This document shows, piece after piece, positions 24,540-38,340 of a stretch of DNA of 64,000 bases. The notes beneath the pieces were generated by a model. That model worked only from the letters and a program-made list of their open reading frames with translations, ran no database searches and was not told where the DNA came from. Positions within the stretch are counted from its first letter, which is position 1. Each line of letters begins with the position of its first letter. Source of the stretch: Mobula hypostoma (lineage: Eukaryota); NCBI RefSeq assembly GCF_963921235.1, contig NC_086107.1, positions 98,582,001 to 98,646,000 on the forward strand. Reading direction: 5' to 3'. The translations under genes and the position numbers were made by a program.

Positions 24540-25440
24540 CGAAGCAGTGTTTCGTTGGCAGTTTAAAAATACCGTTTGCTGCATTGCATCTGATGTTCGC
24601 GATGCGCTCTCTGTACGGGAGAAACTACATACACAACGGCGACCGCTTCTCAGTTGCCTGTCGCTTTAATTTTGCACCCCACTCCTTCTCTGACCTCTGT
24701 GTTCACTCTGCAACACGGCTGGGTCGATCACTCAGCCCACAAGGAAGTGGCGGTTCTCGGGACGAGCATATTGCTTATTAAGTGGACGCACTCCAGTTGC
24801 CTTGTCTTCCCTGTTTGGTACTAGGAGATACTGCCTGCAAGGTTATTGTCGCCTGCTCGCTCCACAGCCGCCATCAGAGCCGCTGAACAGCGCCGGCATC
24901 GCCTGCCCGTCTCCCGGCGCCCGGCGCGGTTGCCAGAGGGGAGGACTGTGCAGCCGGAGGGAGAGCTGTCTGGGGTCCTGCCGCTGGCCAGGGGCGGCGG
25001 GGCGGCGGTGCGGCAGGGGAGCGGGCCCTTTAAGGGGCGGAGGTCTCTCTCTCGCTCGCGCCCTCCCTCCGCACCCGGCTGGGCGGGGAGCTGCGGCCCG
25101 ATTCAGCGAGAGGCGGCGCCGGTAGAGGCTGCGGACCGGCACCGGGGACTGGAGCGGGCACGGAGCCGGGCCGGAGTGGGCCGGCGGCAGCGGGCGATGG
25201 GTGAGTGATCGAGCGAAGGCGTTGCCGCGGATTCCCGAGCCGGCGTCCTCCTCCACCCCGGCCCCTGCATCAGCACGTCCCGGGCCTAGGACCATCCACC
25301 TCGGTAGGGGCGACCAGGCCGGCCCACCCTTCCTCCCCGAACCGCCCCTCTTCCCTCTTCCCTCTTCCCACTTCCCACTTCCCCGCACCGAGATGGTCAT
25401 CCCGCCCGAGTACCAGCCATGAGGTCAAAGGTCCGACAAC
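24540..25440 (+). promoter_or_regulatory. CpG island / probable host-gene promoter
   Basis: Very high GC and CpG content against a CpG-poor background; GC boxes (GGGGCGG), TTTAAG near 25028, ETS-like AGGAAGT near 24742. Confidence 0.75.
25197..25200 (+). CDS. Probable first coding exon end of an unidentified host gene (ATG plus 1 nt, phase-1 intron)
   Basis: GGGCG-ATG-G|GTGAGT: strong Kozak context (G at -3 and +4) directly followed by a consensus splice donor inside the CpG island. No downstream exon identified. Confidence 0.55.
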
Positions 25441-25476
25441 CTCCCCTTTCCCTCTCCGGCCACAGGCTAACAATAT

Positions 25477-27560
25477 CCCCTCACCGTCCCTCTTCACCCC
25501 TCACCGTCCCTCTTCACCCTCACCTCCCCTCTTCACCCATCACCGCCCCTCTTCACCCCTCACCTCCCCTCTTCACCCCTCACCGTCCCTCTTCACCCCT
25601 CACCGTCCCTCTTCGCCCCTCACCGTCCCTCTTCGCCCCTCACCGTCCCTCTTCGCCACTCACCGTCCCTCTTCGCCCCTCACCGTCCCTCTTCGCCCCT
25701 CACCGTCCCTCTTCGCCCCTCACCGTCCCTCTTCGCCCCTCACCGTCCCTCTTCGCCCCTCACCTCCCCTCTTCGCCCCTCACCTCCCCTCTTCGCCCCT
25801 CACCTCCCCTCTTCGCCCCTCACCTCCCCTCTTCGCCCCTCACCTCCCCTCTTCGCCCCTCACCTCCCCTCTTCGCCCCTCACCTCCCCTCTTCGCCCCT
25901 CACCTCCCCTCTTCGCCCCTCACCTCCCCTCTTCGCCCCTCACCTCCCCTCTTCGCCCCTCACCTCCCCTCTTCGCCCCTCACCTCCCCTTCACCTCCCC
26001 TCTTCACCCCTCACCGTCCCTCTTCACCCCTCACCGTCCCTCTTCACCCCTCACCGTCCCTCTTCACCCCTCACCGTCCCTCTTCACCCCTCACCGTCCC
26101 TCTTCACCCCTCACCGTCCCTCTTCACCCCTCACCGCCCCTCTTCACCCCTCACCTCTCCTCTTCGCCTCTCTTCACCCCTCACCTCACCTCTCCTCCCC
26201 TCACCTCACCTCTCCTCACCTCACCTCTCCTCTTCACCCTCACCTCCCCTCTTCACCCTCACCTCCCCTCTTCACCCTCACCTCCCCTCTTCACCCTCAC
26301 CACCCTCACCTCCCCTCTTCTCACCCCTCACCGCCCCTCTTCTCACCCCTCACCGCCCCTCTTCTCACCCCTCACCGCCCCTCTTCTCACCCCTCACCGC
26401 CCCTCTTCTCACCCCTCACCGCCCCTCTTCTCACCCCTCACCGCCCCTCTTCTCACCCCTCACCGCCCCTCTTCACCCCTCACCTCCCCGCTTCACCCTC
26501 TTCACCCCTCACCTCCCCGCTTCACCCTCTTCACCCTCACCTCCACTCTTCTCACCCCTCACCTCCCCTCTTCTCACCCCTCACCTCCCCTCTTCTCACA
26601 CCTCACCTCACCTCCCTTCTCTTCTCCCCTCTTCTCTTCTCCCCACCCTCACCTCCCCTCTTCACCCTCACCTCCCCTCTTCACCCTCACCTCCCCTCTT
26701 CACCCTCACCTCCCCTCTTCACCCTCACCTCCCCTCTTCACCCACCCTCACCTCACCTCCCCTCTTCACCTTCCCCTCCCCTCTTCACCTTCCCCTCCCC
26801 TCTTCACCTTCCCCTCCCCTCTTCACCTTCCCCTCCCCTCTTCACCTTCCCCTCCCCTCTTCACCTTCCCCTCCCCTCTTCACCTTCCCCTCCCCTCCTC
26901 CCCCTCCTCCTCCTCCCCCTCCTCCTCCTCCCCCTCCTCCTCCTCCCCCTCTCCTCCTCCCCCTCTCCTCCTCCCCCTCTCCTCCTCCCCCTCTCCTCCT
27001 CCCCCTCCCCTCCTCCCCCTCCCCTCCTCCCCCTCCCCCCCTCCCCTCCTCCCCCTCCCCCCCTCCCCTCCTCCCCCTCCCCCCCTCCCCTCCTCCCCCT
27101 CCTCCCCCTCCTCCCCCTCCCCCTCCTCCCCCTCCTCCCCCTCCTCCCCCTCCCCTCCTCCCCCTCCCCTCTTCCCCCTCCCCTCTTCCCCCTCCCCTCT
27201 TCCCCCTCCCCTCTTCCCCCTCCCCTCTTCCCCCTCCCCTCTTCCCCCTCCCCTCTTCCCCCTCCCCTCTTCCCCCTCCCCTCTTCCCCCCTCCCCTCTT
27301 CCCCCTCCCCTCTTCCCCCTCCCCTCTTCCCCCTCCCCTCTTCCCCCTCCCCTCTTCCCCCCTGGCCCCTTCCCCTCTCCCCCCACCTCTACTCCCCTCC
27401 TCCCTCCCCCCTCTACTCCCCTCCTCCCTCCCCCCTACTCCCCTCCTTCCTCCCCCTCCCTCCTCCCCCTCCCTCCTCCCCCTCCCTCCCCACTTCTACT
27501 CCTCTCCTCCCCCCCTCCCCCCCTCACCACTTCTCTCCTCCACCCAACCACCACACCTTC
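25477..27560. repeat. 2.1-kb polypyrimidine minisatellite / low-complexity array
   Basis: 20-mers CACCGTCCCTCTTCGCCCCT and CACCTCCCCTCTTCGCCCCT, grading into about 22-, 19- and 14-bp units and then almost pure C/T. Confidence 0.97.
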
Positions 27561-28149
27561 CCTAATTCATCTGCCTCTCTTTGTACGTTTGTCGCTCGTG
27601 CCGAGGTGGCCAAACTGTACCTGGAGACTCTCCCTTGGTGATTACAGCCAATTTCAACATCTCACCCACCCTACACGGTCCAATTGTTAGATATTTCCTG
27701 ATTTTATTCCCATGGCTATTGCCCTTACTCCTAGAATGAGTTGCTGTGTTTAGGAATGCTCCTTGTGCCTGGTGTGAATGCTCTCAGCTTGCTCGGTGAG
27801 TAAAAGGTGTGTTTGGTGCAAGTGTGTGTACTGGGCGTTGTGCTCCAGTTCTGGAGAGATGCAGTTCCCAGATTTTGGGCTAAGACTCTGCGATTCTTGG
27901 GCCTGCCCTATACCAATAAGAAAAAGCCAATCTATTGACCATAGAGTGACAGGTGAATACTAATCTCTATCTAAAGCCAGCTCTCATCAGTAATTACCCA
28001 AGTGCTTGGAAGCCGTAGTTATATTTGGCTGGAGAGGTGGATGAATCTTATTAATCTAAGCAATGTTCTCTCACGTTTGGAAAAGGTGATTGCTAACTTA
28101 CCTTGGAAGGGCAAGGCCTGATGAAGTGATAGGTGAAACTTAATACAGG

Positions 28150-28500
28150 ATCGCTTGTCATGTGCCGTGTCATATCGTATGACGTGGACGATTATGGTCT
28201 TTTCTACAACTGTGATTGTTCTTGGCAAATTTTTCTGCAGAAGTGGTTTGCCTTCTGGGCAGTGTGTTTACAAGATGGGTGACCCCAGCCATTATCAATA
28301 CTCTTCAGAGATTGTCTGCCGGGCATTAAACAGGATTTGTGTTATGCACCACCTGCTCCTTTGGCTTCATGTGACCCTAATTGGGGAGGGGGGGGCCTAA
28401 GCAGATGCTTTACCCTACACAAGGGTGACCTGCAGGCTAGCGGAGGGAAGGAGCACCTTACATCTCCTTTGGAAGAGACCTATCTCCACCCTCTTGCCCT
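28150..28500. repeat. SINE-like interspersed repeat (RTE-related)
   Basis: TTCTTGGCAAATTTTTCTGCAGAAGTGGTTTGCC resembles BovB/Sauria-type sequence as recalled. Confidence 0.45.
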
Positions 28501-29595
28501 AATACAGGATTAAGAGGGAACTGATGCATTTTGGAAGTAACTCCAGTCAGCTGAGCCACAGATATCAGGGGTATTGTAAGCTGTACTTTCATTCTGTTTG
28601 GTTCTGTTTGTGAAACAAGTAATTCATGTGCAACTTTTTACAAAGTCAGTAATTAGACCTTTGCTGGAGTTGTGTCCATGTCGGGCCACTGCACTTCAGA
28701 AAGGTTGCCAAGCCATTGGGCTGGATGCCTAGGTGGCTTACTGCAGTGAAAACAGGTATATGGGTAGTTGGGGAACAGCTTGGGGGCCCCCTGAAAAAAC
28801 ACTGGGCATCATCCTGCTCCGAGCACCCAGGGGCCCCAGGACAATCAATGGGACATTGTTCTGCTCCGAGTATCCATCTGCTCATAGAATAGGTGGACGA
28901 GAGCAGTTATCCTGCAATAATGCCGCTAGTCCTTGTCAGAGTGGAGATAGCCAGGGGGAAATTTAAGAGTGGTTTTCAAAGTCCTGGAGTATTTTGAAAG
29001 ACTAAGCAAGAAACTGCTTCCAGTACCTAGAAGAAATGGTGACGAGAGGACAGAGATTTAAAGTCATTGACAAAAAGACAAGAAGGTAACGGGAATATTT
29101 TTAAACAGACCAGGTTATAATGTTCTTGGAATTTGTAAATGTGTGAATTCATCTATATGTGTATATAATAGGAAGTTGTTGGAAAGAGAAATTTGCAAGG
29201 TAGACATGAGATTCTGCAGACGCAGGAAATCTTGGGCAGAACGCACAAATTCCAGAGAATCTTTGCAGGTCAGGCTGCATCAAAGGAGGGGCATAAACAA
29301 TGGATGTTTCGGGCTGAAACCCATCGTTGGGACTGCTCCATTCTTTTCAGGGCTTCATCAGATCTGTCCCCTTCCTTTCCAGTCCTGAGAATTAGTTTCT
29401 CATTTTCATATGTACCAGCTGCAAGTGAAAAAATTTGTTTGACGTGCAAGGGCTGCCGAGGTTGAATGCTCTCCTTTGGGTGACAGTCAGTCATATGTGA
29501 GAAGGCAAGTTTTAATACTTTCCATAGGTTTGTTGAACAACCTGGGGCCTGTTTTAAATACAAGAGCCAGAACACAGGAAAGAAATAACCTAGTG

Positions 29596-31096
29596 CAAGG
29601 GTGGGAACCTTTTTTGAGAGGGCCCGCCCAAAGTGGCAATAATCTAAAACAATTCTCTTGAATGCTGTAGTAATTCTGAGTAGAGATTATCATTGGTTAG
29701 TGAATTAGCAACAATAATTATGGACTTTTTAAAGGGAAAAGTATGGGTCTTGTCTTATTTATGTGTATTCACTGTTTTACTATGAATAAAAGTACAAAAG
29801 AGATTGAAATAAATGAGGCATTTTCAAAAACTTCAAAAATTATTAATATTTTAAAAAGACAATTGAAAAATAACATCATTTCTAAATAGTATTGTACTTC
29901 ACATAAGGGAGTCTAGGACCAGAGGACACAGCCTCGGAAAAGAAGGATGTCCTTTTAGAACAGAGATGAGGAGGAATTTCTTTAGCCAGAGGATGGTGAA
30001 TCTGTAAAATTCATTGCACAGATGGCTGTGGAGGCAAAGTCATTGGGTATATTTAAAGCAGAGGTTGTATGATCCTGATTAGTAAGGGTTTGTCAATGGT
30101 TACAGGGAAAAGGCAGGAAAAATGGGGTTGAGAGGGATAGTAAATCAGCCATGATTGAATGGGAGAGCAGACTCAATGGGCCAAATGGCCTGATCCTACT
30201 CCTGTGTCTTGCGTATTACAAAATAAAAATTGTGAATATGAAATTAAGCTTTTCACATTAATAAAAGATCGAGAAAATAAAAATATACATTGAGAACATT
30301 AAGCCAACTTAAACACATTAAACTAATTAAAAGAAAAACACAGGAATCCAAAATGTGGGTCTAACTTTCAATTTACTTTCAGTGGGTTGTGGTCTGCGGT
30401 AGTGTGATGACATATGGAATTCTCCTTGTTTATAACCCCTAATGAATTACTTAAACAAGAATGCTTAATCAACCAATATAGTTACAAGGTTACTCAAACA
30501 TTACTAAAGTATTAAATGCACAACAGACATGTTCTCAGTGAGGCTTTTATTGTGTATTGACAATGACAAATAATTTATAGCTGGCTTGTATTTGGTTGTT
30601 TTGAGAGCTATGCACATAGAAGTTGTTTCATCATTAAGTCTACTCCTGTAATTAGACTTGACCAAGTTCATCACGGGGGACAACTTGCGTGAATATTCAT
30701 GGTGGTGTTAAACTACATGTATTTATCGTCATGATCCAGAGTTCACTCACAAACAGCAAGAAAAACACATAAGCAGAGCGAAGCCAAGGGCAACTGGTCC
30801 AACTGTTTACTAACCGAGTATGTACTGATGTGTACACCAGGTCTGTGTGAATTCCAAAACGTATCATCCGATGTGAGGTGTTCTCGTAACCTTTTATCTG
30901 ACACCAAGCTGGCGTGAGAACTTTCCTGTGAAAACGTTTCACTGTTCTTGGGTCCTAAAAATAATTTCCTGCCTCATTTGGCATCAAAGATAATCACTAT
31001 GCAGCTTCTTTTTTATTACGGTGCGTTTTAAAGAATCGAGTGGTGGCACTGCATGCTAACGCAAGTTCTGCACGTGCCACAGGTTCGCCACCCCTG
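29596..31096 (-). mobile_element. Internally deleted hAT (Charlie/SPIN-like) transposon with nested CR1 3' fragment (about 29910-30220)
   Basis: Ends CAAGGGTGGGAACCT and AGGTTCGCCACCCCTG. Minus strand near 30560-30680 encodes MNLVKSNYRSRLNDE..CIALKTTKYKP, like the hAT dimerisation domain. Confidence 0.7.
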
Positions 31097-31099
31097 GTA

Positions 31100-32560
31100 G
31101 TGACATGGTATGACAACAACCGTGTCTTCAGTCTCAACAAAGGAGCTGGTCATTGACTTCAGACAGCGTGCAGGGAGGGGTGGGGAGTGCAGTCCACATG
31201 GTCTTGTCAACATCAGCAGTATTGGGATTGAGAACTTCAGCTTCCAAGATATGAGCATCATCAGTAGCCTTTCCTGGTCCAACCACGTTGATGTTGCGGC
31301 CGAGAAAGCTCACCAATGCCTCTACTTCCTCAGGAGGTATGCCCCTGTTTGATCCTTGTCATATTTTAATCGATGTGCATTGGAAAGCATTGTCTGGATG
31401 CATAACTGCTTAGTATGACAACTGTTCAGCACGTGACCGTAAGAAACGTCAGAGTTGTGGACGCAGTTTAGCACATCGCAGAAACTAGCCTCCCCTCTAT
31501 AGACTCCGTCTATAGCTTTTTTGGTTGGCTTTCATTGAACTTTAAAAGCTTCCCAATCATCTGACTTCCCACTCACTTTTGCTACCTTATATGCCCTTTC
31601 CTTGGCTTTTATGGAGTCCTTAACTTCCCTTGTCATCCACAGTTGCCTACCCCTGCCATTTGAGAACTCCTGTGGGACATGTCTAATCTGCGCCTTGTGA
31701 ACTATTCCCAGAATTTTCAGCCATCTCTACTCTACTGTCATTCCTGCCAGTATCCCCCTCCAGTTCACCTGGGCAAGCTCCTCTGTCATGCCTCTGTAAT
31801 TCCCTTTATTCCATTGCAATAATGATACATGTGACTTGCGCTTCTCCCTCCCAAACTGCAGTATAATTCAATCCTATTATGATCACTTCCTTCTGAGGGT
31901 TCCTTTACGTTGAGCTCCCTAATAAGATCTGGGTTATTGCACAAAACCCAATCTAACATAGTTTTCCCTTAGTAGACTCGAGCATAAACTGCTCTAAAAA
32001 GCCATCTCATAGACATTCAACAAATTCCCTCTCTTGTGATCCGGCACCAACCTGGTATGAGTTTAAACCACTCCCAACAGTTCTAGTAAATCTGCCCACA
32101 AGAATATTGGTCCCCCCTTGGATTCAAGTCCAACCCATCCCTTTTATACAGGTCCCACCTGCCCCCACTCCAATTCTTCAGCCAAGCCACCTCATTCTGC
32201 TCCTGTCCTCACTGTTGCGTAGCACAGGCAGCAATGCCGAGATTACTACCCTTGAGGTCCTGCTTCTCAGCTTCCCTCCTAACTCCCTGTATTCTGTTTG
32301 CGGACGACCTTCTCGGGCTGCTCACCCTCCCTTTTCAGGATATCGTGGACGCTTTCAAAAACATTGCAGACCCTGGCACCTGGCAGGCAAACTACCATTT
32401 GTGTTTCTTCCTAGTGCCCATGGAATTGCCTATCTGCACCCCCCCCCAACAACTATAGAATCCCCTATTACTGCTGCCATTCTCTTCGGTTCCCTGCCCT
32501 TCTGAGCCACAGGGCCGGGCTCAGTGCCAGAGGTAAGTCCCCCTTCCCCCAGCAGTGCTC
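31100..32560. mobile_element. Rex1 fragment (31100-31515, plus) followed by CR1 fragments (minus)
   Basis: STKELVIDFR..LSWSNHVD..KAHQCLYFLRR; CR1 EN/RT-like sequence follows. Confidence 0.6.
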
Positions 32561-35500
32561 AGGATGGAGTCTGAGAGTGTTGTCTGGAAGGTGAGGATTA
32601 GAGTCAGTAGCTGAGGAGTAAAGGTCTTTGCAAACCAATCTTTCAATACCTAATTTCCCTTTCTTGTCCAAGAGCTGTATGTGCATCTCCCCGGCAACCC
32701 CATCCTCACCTTCCCTTGGCTCTTGACTTTGGGTCCTTAATGGGTGTCTGGGTTTGTGTCTCATCAATAGAGCAGATCCTGATATAATAGACATCACCCC
32801 CGTTGCTGCCACCTGAATGGGTCCACATTCTGTTTGGTCCAGTGGATTGCTATACCATTCTAGTCTATCAAGGCAAAGCAGCTTCTTTTCCTGCTTTAGA
32901 ATCTCCTCCAAGTTTGACTTGGGTTTTTTTAAGTTCCTCTGATTTCTTTTACTGCTGCTTTGGCGATTTTTGCCCTTTTTATTCCATGCTCTAGAACTCT
33001 TGGAATCATGAAATTCTACGGCAAGGAAGGAGGCCATTCGTTGTGTCTATGCCAGTCTTCTTTCAGAGCCAGCCTGCTCTCTGCAGCCTAGCGCATTTTT
33101 CTGCACTACACCTTTCTGCAATTTCCTTTAACACCAAAACAGAATCTCCCTTTAGCATCTGCAGACACTGCAATACAGATTTCAGCTTTTCATGTTTCAT
33201 CAGAGTTTTTCTTTATTTCATCGTTAGTTGTCTTCCCTTTTATTTGTTTTTAAACTCTAGTCCTCAATTGTTTCACCAATGGGTATGGCCTCCCATTAAG
33301 GCAGATATATTTAGGAGCATTTAAGAGACTCTTAGATGAGCACATGGATGACAGAAAATTGGAAGGCTTTATAGGATGGAAAGGTTCGATTGATCCTAGA
33401 GCAGGTTGAAAGGTTAGCACAACATTGTGGACCAAAGGGCCTGTATTGTGTTGTGATGTTTTACCCTCTGTTTACACTACCCATTGTTTTATTACTTTGT
33501 CAATTTTCCATAGGACATAAGAGCAGAATTAGGCCATTCAGCCCATCAGCCCCATTCTCCGTCTTCTCCCTGTAACCTTTGATGTCCCTGACTAATCAAG
33601 AACCTGTCAACCTCCCCTTTAAATATACCCAGTGTCTTGGCCACCACAGCTGTTTTATGACAACGAATTCCACAGATTCACTTTGGCTAAGGAAATTCCT
33701 CATCTCTGTTCCAAATGGACGTGCTCTATACTGAGGTTGTGCCCTCTGGTCAAAGACTCCCTCGCTATAGGAAATGTCCACCCTATCTAGGCCTCAGAGA
33801 TCATTATGATAGCAGCCCACCGAAAGGCCCCGAGCTTTTTTTTTCAAACCTTCTGTTGCCTTAGCCAAACAAGCAACTCCTCACGATGATTGCAGCCTGC
33901 CAGTCTTCTCCCCTTAGTCTTTTCAAAGAAAGAAGTCCTAGCCTCTAATCTCTTGTAAATGCGATTCCTTGCCCTAGCTGTTTTCCTCACAAATCTTCCC
34001 TAGTTCCTCTAATGCCTTCACGTCATTCAGTCACAGTTGTACATGGAACTTCAGCTGAGGCAGAGCTAGTTCAGCACAACTTCTGTGCTTTTATCTCTGA
34101 CGTTAATGATAAATCCCAGAATTATGCATTCCTCTTTCTAAACCTTTTCTGACACTTCCATGTACCCCGAGTTACCTGCATCCCTTGTACAGCGGCTTCC
34201 TGCCTTCACTATTTCCTTTCTGCATTCCTCCCACCAAAATGCATCGCCTCACATTACTTGGCATTAAACTGTATCTGCCACGTGCCTGCCCGTTCCACCA
34301 GCCTGCGAATATCTTATTGCAGTTTATCACTATCCGTTTCACAGTTCACAATACGTTGTTCAACGCAGGACAATACACCTCAGTACAGGCCCTTCGGCCC
34401 ACAATGTTGTGCCAACTTTTAACCGACTCCAAGATCAATCCAGTGCTTCCCGCCCACAAAGCCCTCCATTTTTAACGAGCAAACATTAACTTTATTTTTT
34501 CACACGTACATCAAATCATCCAGAGAAATGCGTTGTTTGTATTAAGAACCAACATAGTCCGAGGATGTGCTGGGGGCAGCCCACACGTATGCCATGTTTC
34601 CGGTGCCTACATAGCATACACAACTTAACCAACCCTAATCTTTACGTCTTTGGAATGTAAGAGGGAGCTGAAGTACCCGAAGGGAACCCACTCCTTACAG
34701 ACAGCAGTAGGAATTCAACCTGGAAATGCTGATGCTAAAATGTATTATGTTAACTGCTATGCTACGTTGCCACCCGGATTTTTTTTAAATTCACGTGCCT
34801 TTGTAAGAGTCTCTTAATTGCCCCCAATGTATCTGCCCCCTCCCTCCACCCTTGGCAGTGCTTTCCATGCACATACCATTCTCTGTGTGTAAAAAAAAGC
34901 TCTAATATCCCACCCCCCACCCCCTGTATTTTCCTCCAATTAACTTAAAGTTATGCTTTCTCATACTTGCCATTTCCGCCCTGGGGAAAAATAGTTGTCA
35001 GATGTCCACTCTAATATGCCTCTTATTGTCTTATAATGAGGAGGTTGTAAGGAAAGGTTAAATAGTCTGGGATTGATCTTAATGGAGTTATTAAAATAAA
35101 TTGGAAAAAGCAATTTGACAAATCTCTGTCCCCCTCCCCCTCAAAAGAAACATCCACTACAACATTCCATCTCATGTTCTCAATATTTATTACTTAACTA
35201 TTTACGTTTTTTTTTCTTTTTGCATTTGCACAGTTTTTGTCTTCTGCACTCTGGTTGGGCAATCTTTTACTGATTCTGATATCGTTATTATTCTATATGT
35301 TTATTGAGTATGCCCACAAGAAAATGAATCTCAGGATTGTATATGGTGACATATACAGTATGTACTTTAATATATTTAGTTTGAACATTATAGTTCTTCA
35401 GCCAACTTTATAAGCATGCTATCAGCTCATCAGTTTAGCTCAGAACCTTGTTAAGTTACACCTTGTCAAAAGCATTGGAAGTCCATCTACACCACATTGA

Positions 35501-36349
35501 ATGTATTGCCCTTGTCCATTGGCTACCTCATCAAAAAAATAGGCAAATTGGTTCAACACGATTTTCCCTAAACAATTAAGTACTGGTTTTTGTCTTAATT
35601 AATCAGTTTTGCTCCAGGTGTCTGTTAATCCTGTTTTTAATCAGTATTTTCCAACAGCGTTCCCCATCCTGAGGTTAAAATGACTGGCCTGTATTTGCTG
35701 GGGTTATCCTTACTTCCCTCCTGAACACCCCAGAGCTCTTCCCCACCCCCTCCCCTCCCTCACACCTCATTCCCATATCTAAACACCATCAAAAGATTAT
35801 GGTTGGTGCCCTATTCTATGATTTCCATTCTACCTCCTTCAGCACCTTAGAGTTGATCCTATCCCGTTCTGTTGCCCAGTACACCAAACTTTTCTCCATG
35901 GGATCAATTTTTTAAAAAATGTATCCAGTGTCTCCAAAAGTAGTGGCGTTGGGTTGTTTTCCTGACCAAACTCTGTAACGGGTGGTCTATCGTAGGGATC
36001 GGTGCTGGGATCTTTGCTTGCCATGTGTACGTGTCTATAGTATGATACGTTCGCTGATGGTATGAACATAGGTGAAATTGTAGACACTGAGAAAGATTGG
36101 CTCAATATACAGAGGAACATTGAACATTGCAGCACAGGAATGGGTCCACAGTGTCTGCAGTGAGCATGATGCTAGATTCACACTCAACCACAGAAACTGG
36201 CTTTCCAATTAATTAGGTTGATGATTCTTTTTAGCTAACATCAATTTTATGATGTTGTGATCACTATTTCCTGAATGATTTCCTGATGAAAGTTGGTGCA
36301 CTTGACCCAGCTCTTTCCCAGAACTAGCTCCAGCAATGCCTCCTTCTTC

Positions 36350-36711
36350 ACCATTCCCCATTCCCTGTTTCTCCTCTCTTACCTTATGTCCCTACCTGCT
36401 CACCACATCCCTCTGGTGTTCCTCCCCCTTCTCTTTCTTCCATGGTCTTGTGTCCGTTCCTATCAGATTCCCCATTCTCCAGCACTTTATCTCTTTTGCC
36501 AATTGACTTCCCAGGTCTTTACTTCACCCCTCTCTTGCACATGTTCTACTTCTTTCTCCTCTTCCCCCGCCCCCCCCCCCGCACCTTACTCTTCCTTCTC
36601 TTCCTTTCCAGCCCTAATGAAGGGCCTCGGCCGGAAATGTCGACTGTTTACACTTCCTTAGATGTTGCCTGGCCTGCTGAGTTCCTCCAGCATTGTGTGT
36701 GTCTGTGTGTG
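36350..36711 (+). mobile_element. PLE 3' UTR fragment with degenerate hammerhead (CTAATGA..GAAATGTC)
   Basis: Homologous to the 3' end of 126-1013. TGCCTCCTTC duplicated at 36337-36346 and 36712-36721. Confidence 0.75.
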
Positions 36712-37979
36712 TGCCTCCTTCCTTCAACAGGAATATATTTCTGGACACAGAAATAATATCAATATTGTCTCAGCTTACATAATGTAATTAAACCCCCCAT
36801 TTTATAGCCACTCTAGATTTTGCATTTCCTTGTACAAACATAACTTGTTTAGTGACCTGTAAAAACACACCCAGCTGTGTTAGTGTTTCTGTTACTTCTA
36901 GACTTAAACATGTCTCCAGCACAGTAATATTCTGCCGAATCGACATTGCTAACTCATTGTACGCTGTCCTTCCTGGATAATTTGTATCCACAAGTATCAA
37001 ATATCCAGTCCATCCGCTTTTTGAGGAAGAGAATGATGACATTATGTTCCCATGTGGTTGTCTTATTCCATAGTTGGCAAACATCTGCACGTTCACATAT
37101 GTCTGTAGTAATTAGTTTTGTTTTCAGTTCATTTCTTCCCTTCATTCTTAACATTTCTAAGTCAGAAATCTTCAGATTGTTTGTTCAAAGTTCAGAGTAA
37201 AATTTATTATCAGAGTACATACATGTCACCACACACAACCCTGGGATTCTTTTTCCTGTGGGCATACCCAGCAAATCTACAGAACAGTAACTGTAAACAG
37301 GATCAATGAAGGAGCCAGTAGAGTGCAGAAGACAACAAACTGTGAGGATATGAATCAATAATGAAAACACGAAATAACAGGATAAAGAGTCCTTAAAGTG
37401 AGATCTTTGGTTGTGGGAGCATCTCAATAGATGAGTATAGTTATCCTCTTTTGTTCCAAGAGCCTGTTGATTGAGAGGTGGTAACTGTTCTTGAACCTGG
37501 TCTGTGTCTTAAGGCACTTGTACCTTGTACCTGATGGCAGCAGTGAAAAGAGAGCATGGCCAGGGTGATGAGGAACTTTGGGTGCTGCTTTTCTACGACA
37601 ACGTTTGATGTAGAATGGCACCCTACTTGACAAATAACAGATATCACCACCGGAGTGGCCGCTGCGAGCTGCGTCGCGCCGCCATCTTCTCCTCCCACCA
37701 GGGAGAAGTTTATGAATAAAGAAACAAAAGTTGCTCCAATTCTTTGACAGTGTGTATGTGGCCTGGTTACACAATAATACTATTAATAAAAATGCTGGAG
37801 ACGGGAGTTAAGGTTCATGTTTCTTTACTGGCAGAAACCGAACTTGGCACACACCTACAGATCAATACGCGCCTAATACCGCATGCTCAATATGCACCTA
37901 ATAGTGCATCCAACAACGTGTTACTACAACGTAAAGTAGTCCCTTATTAGGGAGGCTATACGTTACAGACAGCAAATAA

Positions 37980-38340
37980 AAAAAACATGCACAAAGAAAA
38001 CAATGAAGATGGAAGATGTTCGCAACTAGATAAAGTTCTTGTAAAGTTGTTTAAGCTCCATATCAGTGAAGGTGTAGACTGTCAGGAGAGATAGTGAAGG
38101 AACAAGCAAAATTATTTCACGAAGAATTAGGACTGGATTATGAGTATGATTGCGATAAAGGGTGGCTTCAGTGTTTCAAGCTGCGACTTGGCGTGAAATT
38201 TCATGCAGTGTGTGGTGGAAAACGGCCAGCAGACAAGGAAGTAGCTGCAGGGTTTGTTGATGAATTTGCTAAGTTAGTTGCTGATTGAAAATGTAGGTTC
38301 CGAGCAGGTCTACAAGGTAGACAAAACTGCCTTATGTTGC
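37980..38340 (+). mobile_element. Tigger/pogo-type transposase relic (CENP-B HTH and start of DDE)
   Basis: LDKVLVKLF..KEQAKLFHEELGL..KGWLQCFKLRLGV..CGGKRPAD..EQVYKVDKTAL, with frameshifts. Confidence 0.7.

Noticed and set aside
25477..26500. Regular 20-bp repeats as a CRISPR array
   Set aside because: Head-to-tail units with no unique spacers, no cas genes, eukaryotic context.
25205..27641. 786-aa and 740-aa Pro/Ser/Leu-rich ORFs and the antisense Gly/Glu/Arg ORF
   Set aside because: Stop-free only because the C/T tandem array cannot encode stops; open in several frames, with no domain content.
32468..33037. 189-aa minus-strand ORF as a host exon
   Set aside because: No recognisable motif, both ends run into CR1-like repeats, no clear splice sites; cannot be excluded without a search.
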